From Eledone cirrhosa (taxonomy: Eukaryota), in NCBI GenBank assembly GCA_964016885.1, contig OZ024745.1:120652001-120716000 (forward strand): a stretch of 64,000 nt of DNA, in the 5' to 3' direction. Positions within the stretch are counted from its first letter, which is position 1; every line of letters starts with the position of its first letter. Under the pieces are notes generated by a model that did not search any database, was not told the origin of the DNA, and saw nothing but the letters and a program-made list of their open reading frames with translations. Positions 26,370 to 40,419 of the stretch are shown piece by piece. The translations under genes were made by a program, and so were the position numbers.

Positions 26370-27116
26370 AAACCTGCAACAGCTGATGATAAAGTGGTTA
26401 ACTTGGTTTAGCTTGAAAGGAAACAATCGATGTTTGATTTCATCAGTCCTTTGGTAGTAGGGAAATACAGATATGTCATATTTTTTACATAGATGAATTT
26501 AAAAAAAAAAACGGACAGGCAAAAATATTGTTTTATGTGTGTCTGTAAAGATTTGTGTAGCCAGGGTGGCATTGTGAACAAGTTGGTGTGGCTATATAAA
26601 ATAGGGTTGACAGATATAGAGTGAGACTGAGGCTGACACAGACAGGAGAAAATATCTGACGGATGGAAGATGATTAAATATATTTGTGTCTACTTTAGGC
26701 ACAAGGCCAGCAATTACCCAGTTCATTACTGGTACTTTATTTTATCGACTCCGTAAGGATGAAAGGCAAAGTTAACCTCGGCAAGATTTGAACTCAGATC
26801 GTAAAGGGACGTAACTATGCTGGAAAGCATGGCGTCCGACCCTCTACCGATACTGCCAATCCACCTTAAATATATTAATAAGTAACTATGAATACAGGCA
26901 CAAGCAGCATAGAAAAGAGAGTGAAAAGGAAGTATTACCCACTCTTGTTTCTCATCCATGTGTTATGTATATCCTGCATCTATATTTAGTTTTAGGATAT
27001 AAACATTATTTATTCTTTGTTCAATCCAAGATCAATCCTCAAAAATCATGATCATCAACATCATCATAGTTTTTTAGGTCAACATTCCCTTGCTGGCATA
27101 GGTTGGACGGAAATTT

Positions 27117-27630
27117 TAAACCCTTTAGTATTTACATTACTCTATATTTTCATGTTAAAGGCTTTACCTCACATAATATCTCACATAATATCGAATCTAC
27201 GAGATTTTGATATTATTTATTTTGAGAAAATAAGATAAAGATCCCATAACTCCCTGTGGAGTTGTAGCGGGACCATCATACAGTGTCTAGGGCACTTTAA
27301 AACCTGGTGGAGCCCAACCCTCTCCAGGTCTGAACACAACTGATTTTTTTCTATAAGAATTGACCCCAGTACTGGATTGGTATTTTTTTTTATCAACCTT
27401 GGAAGGATGAAAGGCAAAGTTGACCACGGCAAGATTTCAACTCAGAGCACGCAATGAGATGGGACAAATACAGTAAAGCATTCTATCTGACCACTTAATG
27501 ACTCTGCCAATTCAGTGCCTATTTTGAGGACCATACCTGAACATCAGTATGAGTGGCCAGTTACAGCCAATTTGAACAGAAAGAGGTGAGAGAATTATGG
27601 CCGGATATGACCGGTTTAAATGCTGATGGG
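27117..27630 (+). mobile_element. piggyBac-like MITE interrupted by a SINE
   Basis: Left end accctttagtatttacattac; SINE at about 27235-27520; right half resumes at ttttgag. Confidence 0.7.
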
Positions 27631-28020
27631 TTGAGGCAATGTTTTACAGCCAAATACCTGGCCAGATATGACCGGTTTAAATGCTGACGGGTTGAGGCAA
27701 TGTTTTACAGCAGAATACCTGGCCAGATATGACCGGTTTAAATGCTGACGGGTTGAGGCAATGTTTTACAGCAGAATACCTGGCCAGATATGACCGGTTT
27801 AAATGCTGATGGGTTGAGGCAATGTTTTACAGCAGAATACCTGCCCGGATATGACCGGTTTAAATGCTTATGGGTTGAGGCAATGTTTTACAGCCGAATA
27901 CCTGCCCGGATATGACCGGTTTAAATGCTGAAGGGTTGAGGCAATGTTTTACAGCCAAATACCTGGCCGGATATGACCGGTTTAAATGCTGATGGGTTGA
28001 GGCAATGTTTTACAGCCGAA
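27597..28020. repeat. 61-bp minisatellite formed from the MITE right terminus plus flank
   Basis: About 7 copies of ggccagatatgaccggtttaaatgctgacgggttgaggcaatgttttacagcagaatacct. Confidence 0.95.
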
Positions 28021-28882
28021 TGCCGTTCCTTACACCAACCCTTTCAGTTGTTTCTTACAACACAGGGATATGGTGTATCTACTCTAAATTCAATATATTT
28101 ATTCTTTGTTCAATCCCAGGTTGATTCTCAAACAAAAAAAAATAATGGCAATTAATAACAACAAACTTGGTTGACATACAAACCATTAGAAAATTGTAAA
28201 TTTTAAAATATGAATTCTACAATACAGATAATTATAATCATAGTCGTTAACAATAGACAATAGTTGAATAAATTGGATAAAGTACCCTGAGAAAAAAGGC
28301 ATCTGTCCACATTTTCCATCTCCAGGAATACTTTATTTGGTATATTCAACTATTATCTATAATTAACTGCATTGTGGTGACTATATTTTCAAATAATAAT
28401 GTTTCTATATTTCATACAAGGCCAGCAATTTGAAGGGAAGGGAAAAGTCGATTAAATCAAACACAGTACATTACTGGTACTATATTTTACCAATTCCATA
28501 AGAATGAAAAGCAAAGCTAACCTCAGTGGAATTTCATCTCTGAATGTAAAGAGTTGGAACAAATACCGCAATGACATGTTAACTGATGAAATTCTAGCTT
28601 ATCACCTCCAACTATCAGATTGTAAAGGGGCCTAACTAAATACCACAAACCATATTCTCTGGCACTCTACTAATTTTCTCAATCTGCTTAACTCCCTAAT
28701 AACAACAAGAAATTGCCATGTCTTCCTTCAGGAAGTGATTTGTCCACCATTGCTAACTCACTGACAGGGTGTTATGGTTAAGTGTCAAAATACCGAATAA
28801 GTGTTGAATACCATCTGATGACATCAAAGCCTTTTCACCAAAGCTATGTTCACAGAAGGTAAATGTATGTGAGGTATCTTCA

Positions 28883-29254
28883 TTAACCCTTTACCATTTA
28901 CATTACTTTATATAAACTATTAGATTTTCACAGTGGTGGATTGGCAGCATTGGTAAAGCGTCAGACGCCATGCTTTGCAGCACAGAGTTATGGCCCTTTT
29001 TGATCTGTGTCCAAATCCCGCCGAGGTTTACTTTGCTTTTCATCCTTACGGGGTCGATAAAATAAAGTACCAGTAATGCACTGGGGTAATTGCTGGCCTA
29101 GTGCCACATAATATTGAATCTATGAGATTTTGATATTATTTATTTTGAGAACAATACCTTAACATAAGTATAAGCAGCCAATAATGGCCAGTTTGAGCAG
29201 AAAGAGGTGAGAGAATTCTGGCCGGATACAGCCGGTTTAAATGCTAAAGGGTTA
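28883..29254 (+). mobile_element. piggyBac-like MITE with nested SINE
   Basis: TTAAccctttacc ... gctaaagggTTAA; SINE at about 28935-29105. Confidence 0.8.
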
Positions 29255-29599
29255 AGATGTAATTAGGTTTATCATATTTTCCTCCTATTTTTTATCTTCA
29301 CTAACTGGGAAGTATTGCAGTGTAATAGGGTTTGTCAAAGTGATTAGTGGATGGTTGGAAAGGTTGGATAAACCATGACAAGCAGGAATAGATGCACAAT
29401 ATCTCAGTGTGTTGCAAGGGACTACTAAAATGGTTAGCAACAGGAAGGGCACCAGGTCAAAAGGATAACCATAGTTAATATAATTAGACAGTCATGGGTC
29501 CCGCAAGGGACTAATCCCAACTCTAGTAATGAAAAATAGCCTTAAAAAGTTTGTTGTTAATAGATAAATAATCAGTCTATTGCAGATTTAACCCAGCCA

Positions 29600-29804
29600 G
29601 ATTTAAACCAGCCATATCCGGCCAGAATTTTCTCAGCTCTTTCTGTTCAAACTGGCTGTAATCACCTGCTCATACTTATGTTAAGATATTGTTCTCAAAA
29701 TAAATAATATCAAAATCTTGTAGATTCAATATTATGTGAGGTTAAGCCTTTTCCGTGAAAATACAATAGTAAATATAGAGAAATGTGAAATGCTAAAGGG
29801 TTAA
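29600..29804 (-). mobile_element. piggyBac-like MITE, inverted copy
   Basis: Reverse complement of the family consensus, ends gctaaagggTTAA. Confidence 0.8.
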
Positions 29805-30194
29805 TCCATGGGAAGATTTTACCTCCACACTGTATACAAAGTGGCTGAGAGGACTCTTCAGTTGTGTCAATGACATGGGTTAGTGTCATGATAAAATATA
29901 TCCAGTACAATATGAAGGATATGGGAGAGGGGGACATATGTAACTCACATACACACACATCCTGGCCCATCCGAGAGGTCAATGGCTCTAGCTAAGTACA
30001 GGTTTGGTCTGTGACCAACTGTCCAACTCTTGCTAGCATAATGATATAATAGCCCTACTACTCACAGAGGTCTTTATACTGACTCAAACTTATATATACA
30101 CAGCATAGTGGAAGAAACCATTAAGAACTGGGTGTCTTATCTACGGACAATGTCAGTGAGAGGATATGAACTATCAAACCTAAAAAAATAAAAT

Positions 30195-31050
30195 AAATAA
30201 TAATGGAGGGAGGGGGAAGTCGATTAAATCAACCCCAGTGTGTAACTGGTACTTTATTTTATCGACCCCGTAAGGATGAAAGGAAAAGTTAACCTCGGTG
30301 GGATTTGAACTCAGACTGTAAAGGGATGTAACTATGCTGCAAAGCATGGCGTCCAACCCTCTACCGATACTGCCAATCCACCGCCCTAATAATAATAATA
30401 ATAATTGTTTCTACTTTTGGCACAAGGCCAGCAATTATCTCAGTACATTACTGGTACTTTATTTTATCGACCCCGAATAACAATAATAATAATGAATGTT
30501 TCTACTTTAGGCACAAGGTCAACAATTTCAGAAGAGAGGAAAATTGATTAAATTGACCCCAGTGCATTACTGGTGCTTATTTTATCAACCCCATAAGGAT
30601 AAATAGCAAAGCTAATCTCAGCGGGATTTGAATGCAAAATATAAAGGGTTGTAACTCTATGCTGCAAAGCATGTTGTCCGACCCTCTACCGATACAGCTA
30701 ATCTACCATAATAATAATAATTGTTTCTACGTTAGGCACAATGCCAGCAATTACCCAGTGTATTACTGGTACTTTATTTTATCGACCCTGTAAGGATGAA
30801 AGGCAAAGTTAACCTCGGCGGGAAGCATGTTGTCCGATGCTCTACAGATTCTGCCAATCCACCACCATAATAATTGTTTCTACTTTTGGCACAAGGCCAG
30901 CAATTATCCCAATGTATTACTGGTATATTATTTTATCGACCCCGTAAGGATGAAAGGCAAAGTTAACCTCGACGGGATTTGAACTCAGATCAGAAAGGGA
31001 CATAACTATGCTAGAAAGCATTGCGTTCGACTCTCTACCGATACTGCCAA
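30195..31050 (-). mobile_element. Head-to-tail array of 5 Deu/Nin-like SINE copies
   Basis: Repeated tttctac...cacaaggcc...ggtac...aggatgaaagg...ctgccaa blocks separated by (TAA)n. Confidence 0.85.
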
Positions 31051-31054
31051 ATAA

Positions 31055-31460
31055 TGATGGTTTCATTTATTGGCCACAACCCACAGCGACCGATATATAG
31101 GGGACAATACAATAGACGGGGACAATACAATAGACGGGGACAATACAATAGACGCGGACAGTGGGGGGTTTTACACAAAAATCGAGTAAAAAATAGGAAA
31201 ACAATAACAATAAACAAGAAAAATACAACAATGAAAATTCCCCAATAGGGGGGATAACCACCCAGGGTTGATTCAGGTACCCCACCAATCTTTAACCACC
31301 TGACGCTTTGCGGGCACCTGGGAATGGCACCCCCCCCCCCCCCCCCTCCTCCTCAAATTCACCAGCCTACAGGCGCATGATCAGAGTAGGCCCACTCACA
31401 CGGGCCATTCTCGCCACATTCACCCAACTTTCAGCAAATGTACTGGGGGGGGGGGGGCAG
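31055..31460 (-). mobile_element. Possible L1/Tx1-type LINE 3' end with an 18-bp triplicated unit
   Basis: GC- and CpG-rich; minus frame ...ESWVNVARMARVSGPTLIMRL*; gggacaatacaatagacg x3 at about 31100-31155. Confidence 0.4.
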
Positions 31461-32399
31461 CACTTCTCACTCACCCTCACCTTCCTTTCCAAGTGAAATT
31501 TGAATATTGCAAGTAAAGAGGTTGAAATAAAATTGAATTGAAAGTGGAAATGACAAGACTGTTTGGAATGTGAGTGAGTAATGTGAAAGTGATACCAGTT
31601 GTGATCGGGGCATTAGGTTCAATCCCATTGAAACTCCAAAACTTCTTAAAGTTGTTGAAAATACCATGCAAGATTGGTGCCATATAAAAATCAGTACCGC
31701 TAGGCACTCCGTACATTTTAAGGAAAGTATTATGTGACTGAGGTCCTTGTTGTGACTTGACAGATGACTAAATACTCCGCTGCAGTTTCCATCTACACTG
31801 TGTGATAAAGTAATAACAACAACAACAACAATGATTAATGCCTTATGAGGATAGAAACTAAACTCTGGCACTCACTTGGAACTGAGTATGACTTGATAGT
31901 GTGTATCATGCTTTCACTAAGGATTTAGGTGTCCATATGGTCCTGTCATGAACAGCCATAAACACCCTTTCAATCTATTCTTTGTTGATCCAACAGAAAA
32001 GATATAATAGCTAGAGTAGAGAGAGAGAGAAAGAATAATGTACCAGCACTGAATTGATATATCATCATTATTTTACATCTATTTTCCAAGCTTCATGTGT
32101 CAGACGCGTTGTCACATTCTAAAGCTAACAGGTCAGGTGACATCATCTTGCTCATATGTTGTATTTTTGACTTGATTTCTGTGGCTGGATGCCCTTCCTA
32201 ATGCCAACCACTTTACAGTATGTACTGGGAGCATTCAAAGAATATAATACTATACAAATCTATAAACGTCACTTGCTTCCTCGGTAGATTCTCGCTTTTA
32301 TTTGCTATTAACTATGAACCCTACAACCAATGGACTGATGAACTGCCACCTGTGGCTTTTAGTTAGTAACTAAAGACTCAATTCTCTAAAGTCTGACTC

Positions 32400-32680
32400 A
32401 AGCTCGGAGGCTCATCAGGTTGGTGCTTATCCTGGTTTCTTTGGCGTGAAGCGACTGAGAGTACAAGACTACCACCCTGGACAAGATGCTAGTCCATCGC
32501 AGGATTAAACCCCCAGCTATTGCTGATACTCATTTTTTTTTTTCAGATGAGTATATTGGAGCAATGTGAAATGAAGTGTTTTGCTCAAGAACACAACCCG
32601 CAACCTATCCCAGGAATCGAACCCATGACATTATGATCATAAGTCCAGCACCCTTACCACTAGGCCACGTGCCTCCACTA
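32400..32680 (-). mobile_element. CORE-type SINE
   Basis: Minus head tggaggcacgtggcctagtggtaaggg, B box ggttcgattcc, CORE-like block. Confidence 0.75.
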
Positions 32681-32929
32681 GAGACTCAATTAGGAGTCTC
32701 TAGATACTAAAACCACATCAACAAGACATTTGTGAAAAGTACAAAACATCACTATGACTACATCACATTAAAAATTCAAGTCTAATATTACAAATGTTTA
32801 CAACAATCTGTCCACTAGTAAAGATATTATAAACATCTGAATTAAAAATGCTGTTTTTAGATATGTTTTGCTAAATCATTATATGACTGCATCACATTAA
32901 AAATTAAAGTCTAGCATCATTAAAGTCTT

Positions 32930-33588
32930 GGCATCATTGTCAAGAAGGCTGGGGATGTCTTAGCATCACTCAGCAAGACCTTTGTCAGCCGCTCTCCAGC
33001 TCTCTATTTAAAGCTGTATATATCTATGGTGCAGCCACACTTAGAATTTGCATCTCCAGTCTGGAACCCCTATCTTGCTCAGAACATTAACCTTCTGGAA
33101 ACTGTTCAGAGACGTGCAACCAAGCGAATACCCTCCATCATACCCTGGGCATAGATACATTGAAGCTCCGACGTCTGGCAACTGACTTGGTAAACACCCA
33201 CAAAATGATTAACCATCTTGCCAACAACAATCCTGAGCACCTTTTTGATCTCCATGTGTCTAACACACGTGGGCATGAAAACAGCACAGCTCCCCATGAC
33301 TTTCGGAAACATTGTTTCACACTCCGAGTTACTGAAGCATGGAACAAACAACCTGCATCAGTTGTTAGCTACCGAGACACTGCTTCCTTTAAAACCTCCA
33401 TGCTTCCTGAAATTTGCCAACATTACACCTGATATCCCTCCTCCATACACACGCACATGTATTTCATGACTTGTATACTGTTCATTTTCCTGACATTTCT
33501 ACATTATTCTATGTACTATACATGCATCTTTGATGAGTTGTAGTGCACCTGAGCACTGTACACAATAATTTTATTATTATTATTATTA
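32930..33588 (+). pseudogene. CR1-clade LINE 3' fragment
   Basis: PHLEFASPVWNPY...LETVQRRATK motif, RGH...F..RV..AWN region, (ATT)n tail. Confidence 0.85.
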
Positions 33589-34692
33589 CAAGTATTCACA
33601 GCAATCTGTCCACTAGTAAAGATATTATAATCATCTGAATTAAGAATGCTGATTTTAGATATGTTTTGCTAAATCATTATAGGATGTTAAGAGTTAAAGA
33701 AGACAGAATATTAGGAGAAATAACTATATATAAAAATATTAGAGTAGTGATTATTATAATGCTTTGTTTTCAAAAGAAAATCCTTTTGATTAATAGTTTA
33801 CCCCAGTAAACTATTAATCTAGGGATTCTCTTGAGATTAGTAAATAGAAAACAAGACAAAAATACTAACATTAAAAGAGAAAAGATTAATTCACTTGTAC
33901 TTTGTACACCTAGTAATAAGGTGTAATATTGACTTGAGTTAGTACACTATACTTAGTAGATTAACTGAAAGCTTGTTAGTTTAACTACTTAGGGTTGAGT
34001 TCCAATCTGGCCGTGATAAATGATATCAGTAAGTAGTACAATGATTTCTCAAGTTTTTTTCTAAACTGCTGCTCAGAGCTCCACCCTTATATGATAATGG
34101 TTTTTAATTTAGGCACAAGGACAACAATTTTAAGGGAATATCAATTGAATCACCCCCAGTAATGTTACTGGTACTTTATTTCATCAACCCTGTAAGGATG
34201 AAAGGCAAAGCTAACCTTCGTGGTATTTGAACTCAGATCATAAAGGGCCGTAACTATATGCTGCAAAGCATTTTGTCTGATGCTCTACCGATTCTACCAA
34301 TCCACAGCCCTTCACTCTCATATGATAATGAAAGATTAAATTCCAGATGAAATTTAAAATTTAATGAAAATTTATGTGTCTAAAAGGGATGGCAATCTCT
34401 ATAGTGCTGGTGACATGACATGATAAAATGCGCTCAATACACCCAGAAAATTTGCCGAAGGAAAGGTTGAGAGGACTCTGTAGTTGTGTCAAAAACATGA
34501 CAACATCCCTAGTGCTGATGCCACTATGTAATGAACCCAGTGAACGTTGTAAAGCATGAGAATGTATATATGTGAGATGCCCCCCTTGACCCATCTGAAA
34601 GATCAGTGGTTGCAGGTAAGTGCAGGCTTGGTCTGTGATGACCCATCCAGTCTTTACTAGGAGGTAAAATGGACATATGATGATGATGATGA

Positions 34693-35157
34693 TCCCTGGG
34701 CATGGATACATTGAAGCTCTGACGTCTGGCAACTGACTTGGTAAACACCCACAAAATTATTAACCATCTTGCCAACAACAACCCTGAGTACCTTTTTGAG
34801 ATTTCCATGTGTCTAATACACGTGGGCATGCCTACAAAGTCAGAAAACAGCACAGCTCCCATGACTTTTGGAAACATTTTTTCACGCTCAGGGTTGCTGA
34901 AGCATGGAACAAACTACCTGCATCAGTTATTAGTTGTCGAGGCACTGCATCCTTTAAAACCTCCATGCTCCCTGAGATTCACCAACACTACACCTGATAT
35001 TCCCCCTTCATACACACGCACACATGTATATCATGACTCATACACTGATCACTTTCTTGACATTTGTATATTATTCTATGTACTATACATGCACCTTTGA
35101 TGAGTTGCAGTGCACCTGAGCACTGTACACAATAATTTCATTATTATTATTATTATG
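34693..35157 (+). pseudogene. CR1-clade LINE 3' fragment, second copy
   Basis: NTRGHAYKVRKQ...FFTLRVAEAWNKLP; (ATT)n tail; closely similar to 33140-33588. Confidence 0.85.
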
Positions 35158-35732
35158 ATACACGTTACTGTAAACAATGACATAAAATAAGGTAGAGAAC
35201 ATTTTCATAACGTTCGTAAATTTCCTGACCATAAAATAAAGTGCTCAGCATCCCAAATGGAACTGCATCTCTCAATGGAAGATTGTATATAGGGTGAAAA
35301 CCTCAGAAACTACCTTGAATTTGTTGGACATATAATCATATTATCACAAGGATCAATCAACTGCTTCTAAACCAGGTCAAATGTCCTTTCAACATGTGAC
35401 TACCACCATCATTACCAATAACAACAATATACATGAGTCAATGATAGTCACTCAACCTGTTAAAAATAGCAGCCAAATCTCTCTCAAATCACACTCTTCT
35501 GTCTTTAAAAAAAAGACATTGGATGATGTAGTCCTATAACTAAAAAAGATGGGATGGTGATGACTGGAATGACTTTGACCATAAATCTGTTAAATTAGGG
35601 GCCATTGGGAGCTAATTGACAGCAGCTGTATAGTTTATAACTTTCAGATAAAACTAAATAACAGAAAAAAAAAATCTATAATCGTTGTCACATTAAAATT
35701 AGATCAATATGTTGAAGACACATACACACATA

Positions 35733-35783
<51 letters not shown>

Positions 35784-35785
<2 letters not shown>

Positions 35786-35851
35786 TGGGTTGACAAGTAT
35801 GAAATTTGTAGAAATGTTTTTTTCTACAAATTTCATACTTGACGATCCAAT
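35784..35851. mobile_element. Tiny mariner-like MITE made of two TIRs
   Basis: attgggttgacaagtatgaaatttgtagaaa / tttctacaaatttcatacttgacgatccaat. Confidence 0.6.
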
Positions 35852-38800
35852 ACACATACACACATATCATCATCATCATCATCGTTTAACGTCTATCGTC
35901 CATGCTAGCATGGGTTTATATATATATATATATATATATACATATATACACCTGCATCAATAAAAACAATAATGACCTAATGGATTGAAGATATTTAGCT
36001 ATTAAGAGAAGAACCTCCATTTGTCTATTTATGGCCACAATTTGTTAATCTATCATAACACAACTTAATGTGAGTTGATTATTAAGATACTGAAACTGTC
36101 CAAGTACAAGAAACATTGAGAGACAACATTTCTCAAGAGGATTTCTCTGTATTCAATTAAGAAAATGAAAATGAACGGAAAAGCCTTTTAACACATATTA
36201 AAAACCATATATTAAAGAAAGGCAATATTCAATTAAAGAAAATTGCATGGTACATACCTGAGATTGAACCAAACCAGAATACTGAACTAACATAAGACAG
36301 GGCTGTGTTGTCTCCAGAGTAAAAAGATCCTGTCTTTAGTGAATATCATAGGCAAGGGGGAATGTATATATAAGAATTAACATCATGGAAATTGTTCAGG
36401 TTCATTAATTCAATATCTAGTTAACAGTCCACGTGAACTATTCTAGAGTAGAAACTCAATAGAGTCACGTTTTTGGTGGAGAGTGGGAGGGCAGTGATAA
36501 ACAAACTAATATTAATAAATCAACAGAGATTTTTCAACTATTCATACATTATTATATTAACATCACAGGTAGCTGTTCACAACAGTAGATCGATAATGTT
36601 TGCTTGGCCAGAAAACAAAAATGATATGAGAGAAAAAATAGAGCAACAGATAGTCAGTCTAGTTTATTATCTACAATATTATTTTTAAAATATCAAATAT
36701 CTCAGAATTTCTCTAAGTGACATAAGCATCAAAATGAATTCCAGTAATAAATCACCACTAATCACAAATAGTATACATGTATGAATACACCCCCCCCCCC
36801 CCAAAAAAAAATATTCCATAAATAAACCAATATTTCATATAGAAGAAATAAGCATGGTTATATGGCTTCATTTGTGGGTGGGAGCACACGTGTATTTTGA
36901 TTGCTTTGTTAGGTAAGTAAAAATAGAAAGTATCTGTATATGGGTAAATTCTACTGAATATCGCATCAGACCATGACTTGTATAATAATATATTTAGAGA
37001 GTACTTTTGTCTATAGCTTTTTGTGTATGTGTATGTCAGTGTTTGGAGTGTAGTCATGCTGGGGCACTGCTTTCAAAGATTTTAATCAACTACACCAACC
37101 ACAGTACTTGGTCTGTGACTTATTGTATCAATTTCTATTTATTAAATGGCCAAGTCTACTACAAAGTTCCTTTATTTGGCTCACTTATTTACACTGACAC
37201 ACACACACAGCAGTATCGGTAGAGGGTCAGATGCCATGCTTTGACGCATAGAGTTACGTCCCTTGCCATTCTGAATTCAAATCCCGCCGAGGTTAACTTT
37301 GCCTTTCATCCTTATGGGGTCGATAAAATAAAGTACCAGTAATGCACTGGGTTATTGCTGGACTTGTGCCTAACGTAGAAACAATTATTTATTGAAACAA
37401 ATTTACATGTTTTATCACTTTTGGAAGCAGTTCTTGGGAGAAAATAATTTAGTTTATACATACTATGCTGTGTGACACCTTGGAAAAGTGACCAATGTCT
37501 TGTAAGTGGAATGTGGTTGATGAAAACTTCAGAAAGTTTGTGTATGTCAGTGTTTGGAGTGTAGCCATGCTGGGGCATTGCTTTCAAAGATTTTAATCAA
37601 CTAGACTAACCACAATACTGTGTGTGTGGGGGGGGGGGGGGGGTACGTCAAGTATCTCAATAAAAAGGAGATAGACAAAATAAGTACCAGACTTGAAAAA
37701 AATAAACACTGGGGCTGATATGAATGACTAAATTAAGGCAGTGTCCCAGCATCACTGCAGTCTAATGACTGCAACAAGTAAAAGAGTAAATTATGCTATT
37801 TAGATAGAAGAGAGAAAATTTAAGGCAAGAAGCAGGAAGAAGACAGAAAGTAGCAGAGATCAGGATAGATGAATTTTTTTCTGAAAGGGTATATATAGAA
37901 GTCAATTAATGTGGTAGTCTGTTGTAGAAACTGTAGAGTGGCTGGGGAGAGAGATAGGTGGATGGGCATTGATTTTAGGAAATACTGTTAGAATGAGATT
38001 GGGTGGGCGTAAAAATAGTATCTACTGAATCAATGCTCTTTCACTCTCTTTCTCTCTCTCAGCCCTTCCGGTGGATATTGTAAATCAATTTCATAAAATG
38101 ATTAAATGTAAAATGTATGCATATAAATATATACATATATCATCATCATCACCGTTTTACGTCCATTCTTCCACACTAGCATGTGTTAGAAAGGTTGTCC
38201 TGTTGTTGGCAGTGCCCGGTTGGTTGACTATGTCTTGCTCATACGGGAACTGATTCTGGCTTGATTTCTACAGCTGGATCCCCTTCCTAACACCAACCTC
38301 ATTTACAGTGAGTACTGGGTGCTTTTTTACCGTGGCGCCTACACGACCACCTTACATTGTGGAGTGGTTCCTTTTTGTCATGATACCAGCACGATCATGT
38401 TATAGTGTGAACTGGGCGTTTTTTTTTTTTGTGTCACCATTACGATCACCTTACAGGATGAAACAGGTGCTTTTGTTGCTGTGGTGCCAGATCAACATAC
38501 AGGGTAGATTTTGTACTTTTTGACAAAGCAAAGCATTGTGGGAGGTCAAATGTTGAGCATGTCTAGTTTTCAAGAGCTGGACAGGTGAGGTGGATCATTT
38601 AAGTGCCAAGAGTTTCTTTTGCTTTTCCTGGATCACTTGAGAAATGTTGTCAATCCTTTGGTTTTCCATGTTGAAAAATTCATCAGAAATTTCTGTCTAT
38701 TTTAAGTTACAAGTAAAAAAAGTGAAGGGATCAAGATGATTAAATTTTCTTATTAGACCATTGCACCATGAGATTGGTTATACAAGTAACAGGGTTCTAC

Positions 38801-38980
38801 TTGGAAGCTTGACAGCAATATCACTGGCTGGCCAACATTTCTTGGGTCACTGTCAAAATTGATGATATCTCAAAAGTGATTGAAATCTTCTATTTTACAG
38901 TGTGGACTGGGTGCTTTTTGCAATGGTACTTACATGACCACTTTACAGTGTGGGCTGTGAAATATATACACACAGATATA

Positions 38981-39057
<77 letters not shown>

Positions 39058-39265
39058 CAGATTTTACAGGCAAAACCAACCAGCAGGAGACCCAGGGGAA
39101 GACCCTGAGCAAGATAGTTGGATAACATCCCTGAGCTTGACTAGTCTTGCTTGGGAATCCAGCTGGATCAGCTGAAGATGATTGCATCTGCCAGGACTCG
39201 CTGGAAGGAGTATTTGCGGTCCCTGCCTCCACAACCCTCTCTAGAATAAGTGGTCGAAGAAGAAG
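39058..39265 (+). mobile_element. RTE (Expander-like) LINE 3' end
   Basis: RRPRGRP..W motif and (GAA) tail; homologous to 44380-44580 on the minus strand. Confidence 0.65.
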
Positions 39266-40419
39266 ATATACTCTTTTACTCTTTTACCTGTTTCAGCCAT
39301 CCGGCTGAGGTCATGCTGGGGCACCGCCCTTGTATATATATATATACTTGTGGAACTACTTCTATATATATATATATATATATATACGCACATAAAAATA
39401 TATACACACATATACACACACACATTTCATATATATATACTTTTTGTGACCATGTGTTTAGCTACAAACTTGCAAGTATGTATTTTCACTGCAAACTTTC
39501 AATTTCTGCACAAATTATTATTATTATTATTATTATATACACTTGTTCTTTAATATCTTCAAATAACCAAATAGTCAAAAACTGACACCCATAAGAGAGA
39601 ATATACAAAAGAAAAAACAATTACAACTAACTAACAGGCTTACAACAAATGACATTGGTCTGATAATGAAATTGCCCTCCTAATAAATTCATGGTTTTGT
39701 CTCTCTCCCAAACTGAAAATATAGATGCTTCATGTCTGAATGATATTGTCGAAAAAACAACCCAAATATTTAATACGTGGTCTGTGAAGCAGATACGAAG
39801 CAAACTTAAACATACCGAGGTCTCATTCAAATTAACTCAGAGTCACTTTGAAAAACTTTGCTATATTTTTTCTTCAAATATTGGTCAAGTGCATCAATAA
39901 CAGCAGCCACAAAATCAAGAACAGCCACAACAAAAACAACAACAATTTACTCACTGACAGTATCTGATCCCCATTTTCACCCCAGTAACCACCACAATTA
40001 TCATCATCATCATCACCAACACCACCATCCATCGACTTCTTCTGCCACTACTATTAACATTTCTACCACCTCAACTATTAATAATAAACCACTGCTTTCT
40101 TCCCCTACATCTCCACCTCAATCCTACTGTACTATGAAAAAACCTGTCAAAATCTATGAAGCAGAATCCCCCCCCCCCCCCCCATAGCACAAACAAGAAA
40201 CCTTAAAATATGCCATTACTCACTTCGTCAGAGGCTCTGCACATGCAGTGACTGCATCTTGACACATGTGAACATGTGAACAATAAAAAAGTGCAGAATC
40301 TCCCCAAAATAGAAAAACTGTTATCAGAAAAATAAAAAGAACAAACAAACTAAAATCAACAAACTAAAATAATGTCAACCGCAATCACACATTCAACTGT
40401 TATCGCACTGCTTGAATCA

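Noticed and set aside
36258-36442. Minus-strand exon candidate with CAG|GTATGT donor
   Set aside because: Stops in the frames I tested and uncertain acceptor; at best non-coding
39627-39900. Overlapping short ORFs in unique sequence
   Set aside because: No recognisable motif or consistent splice phase
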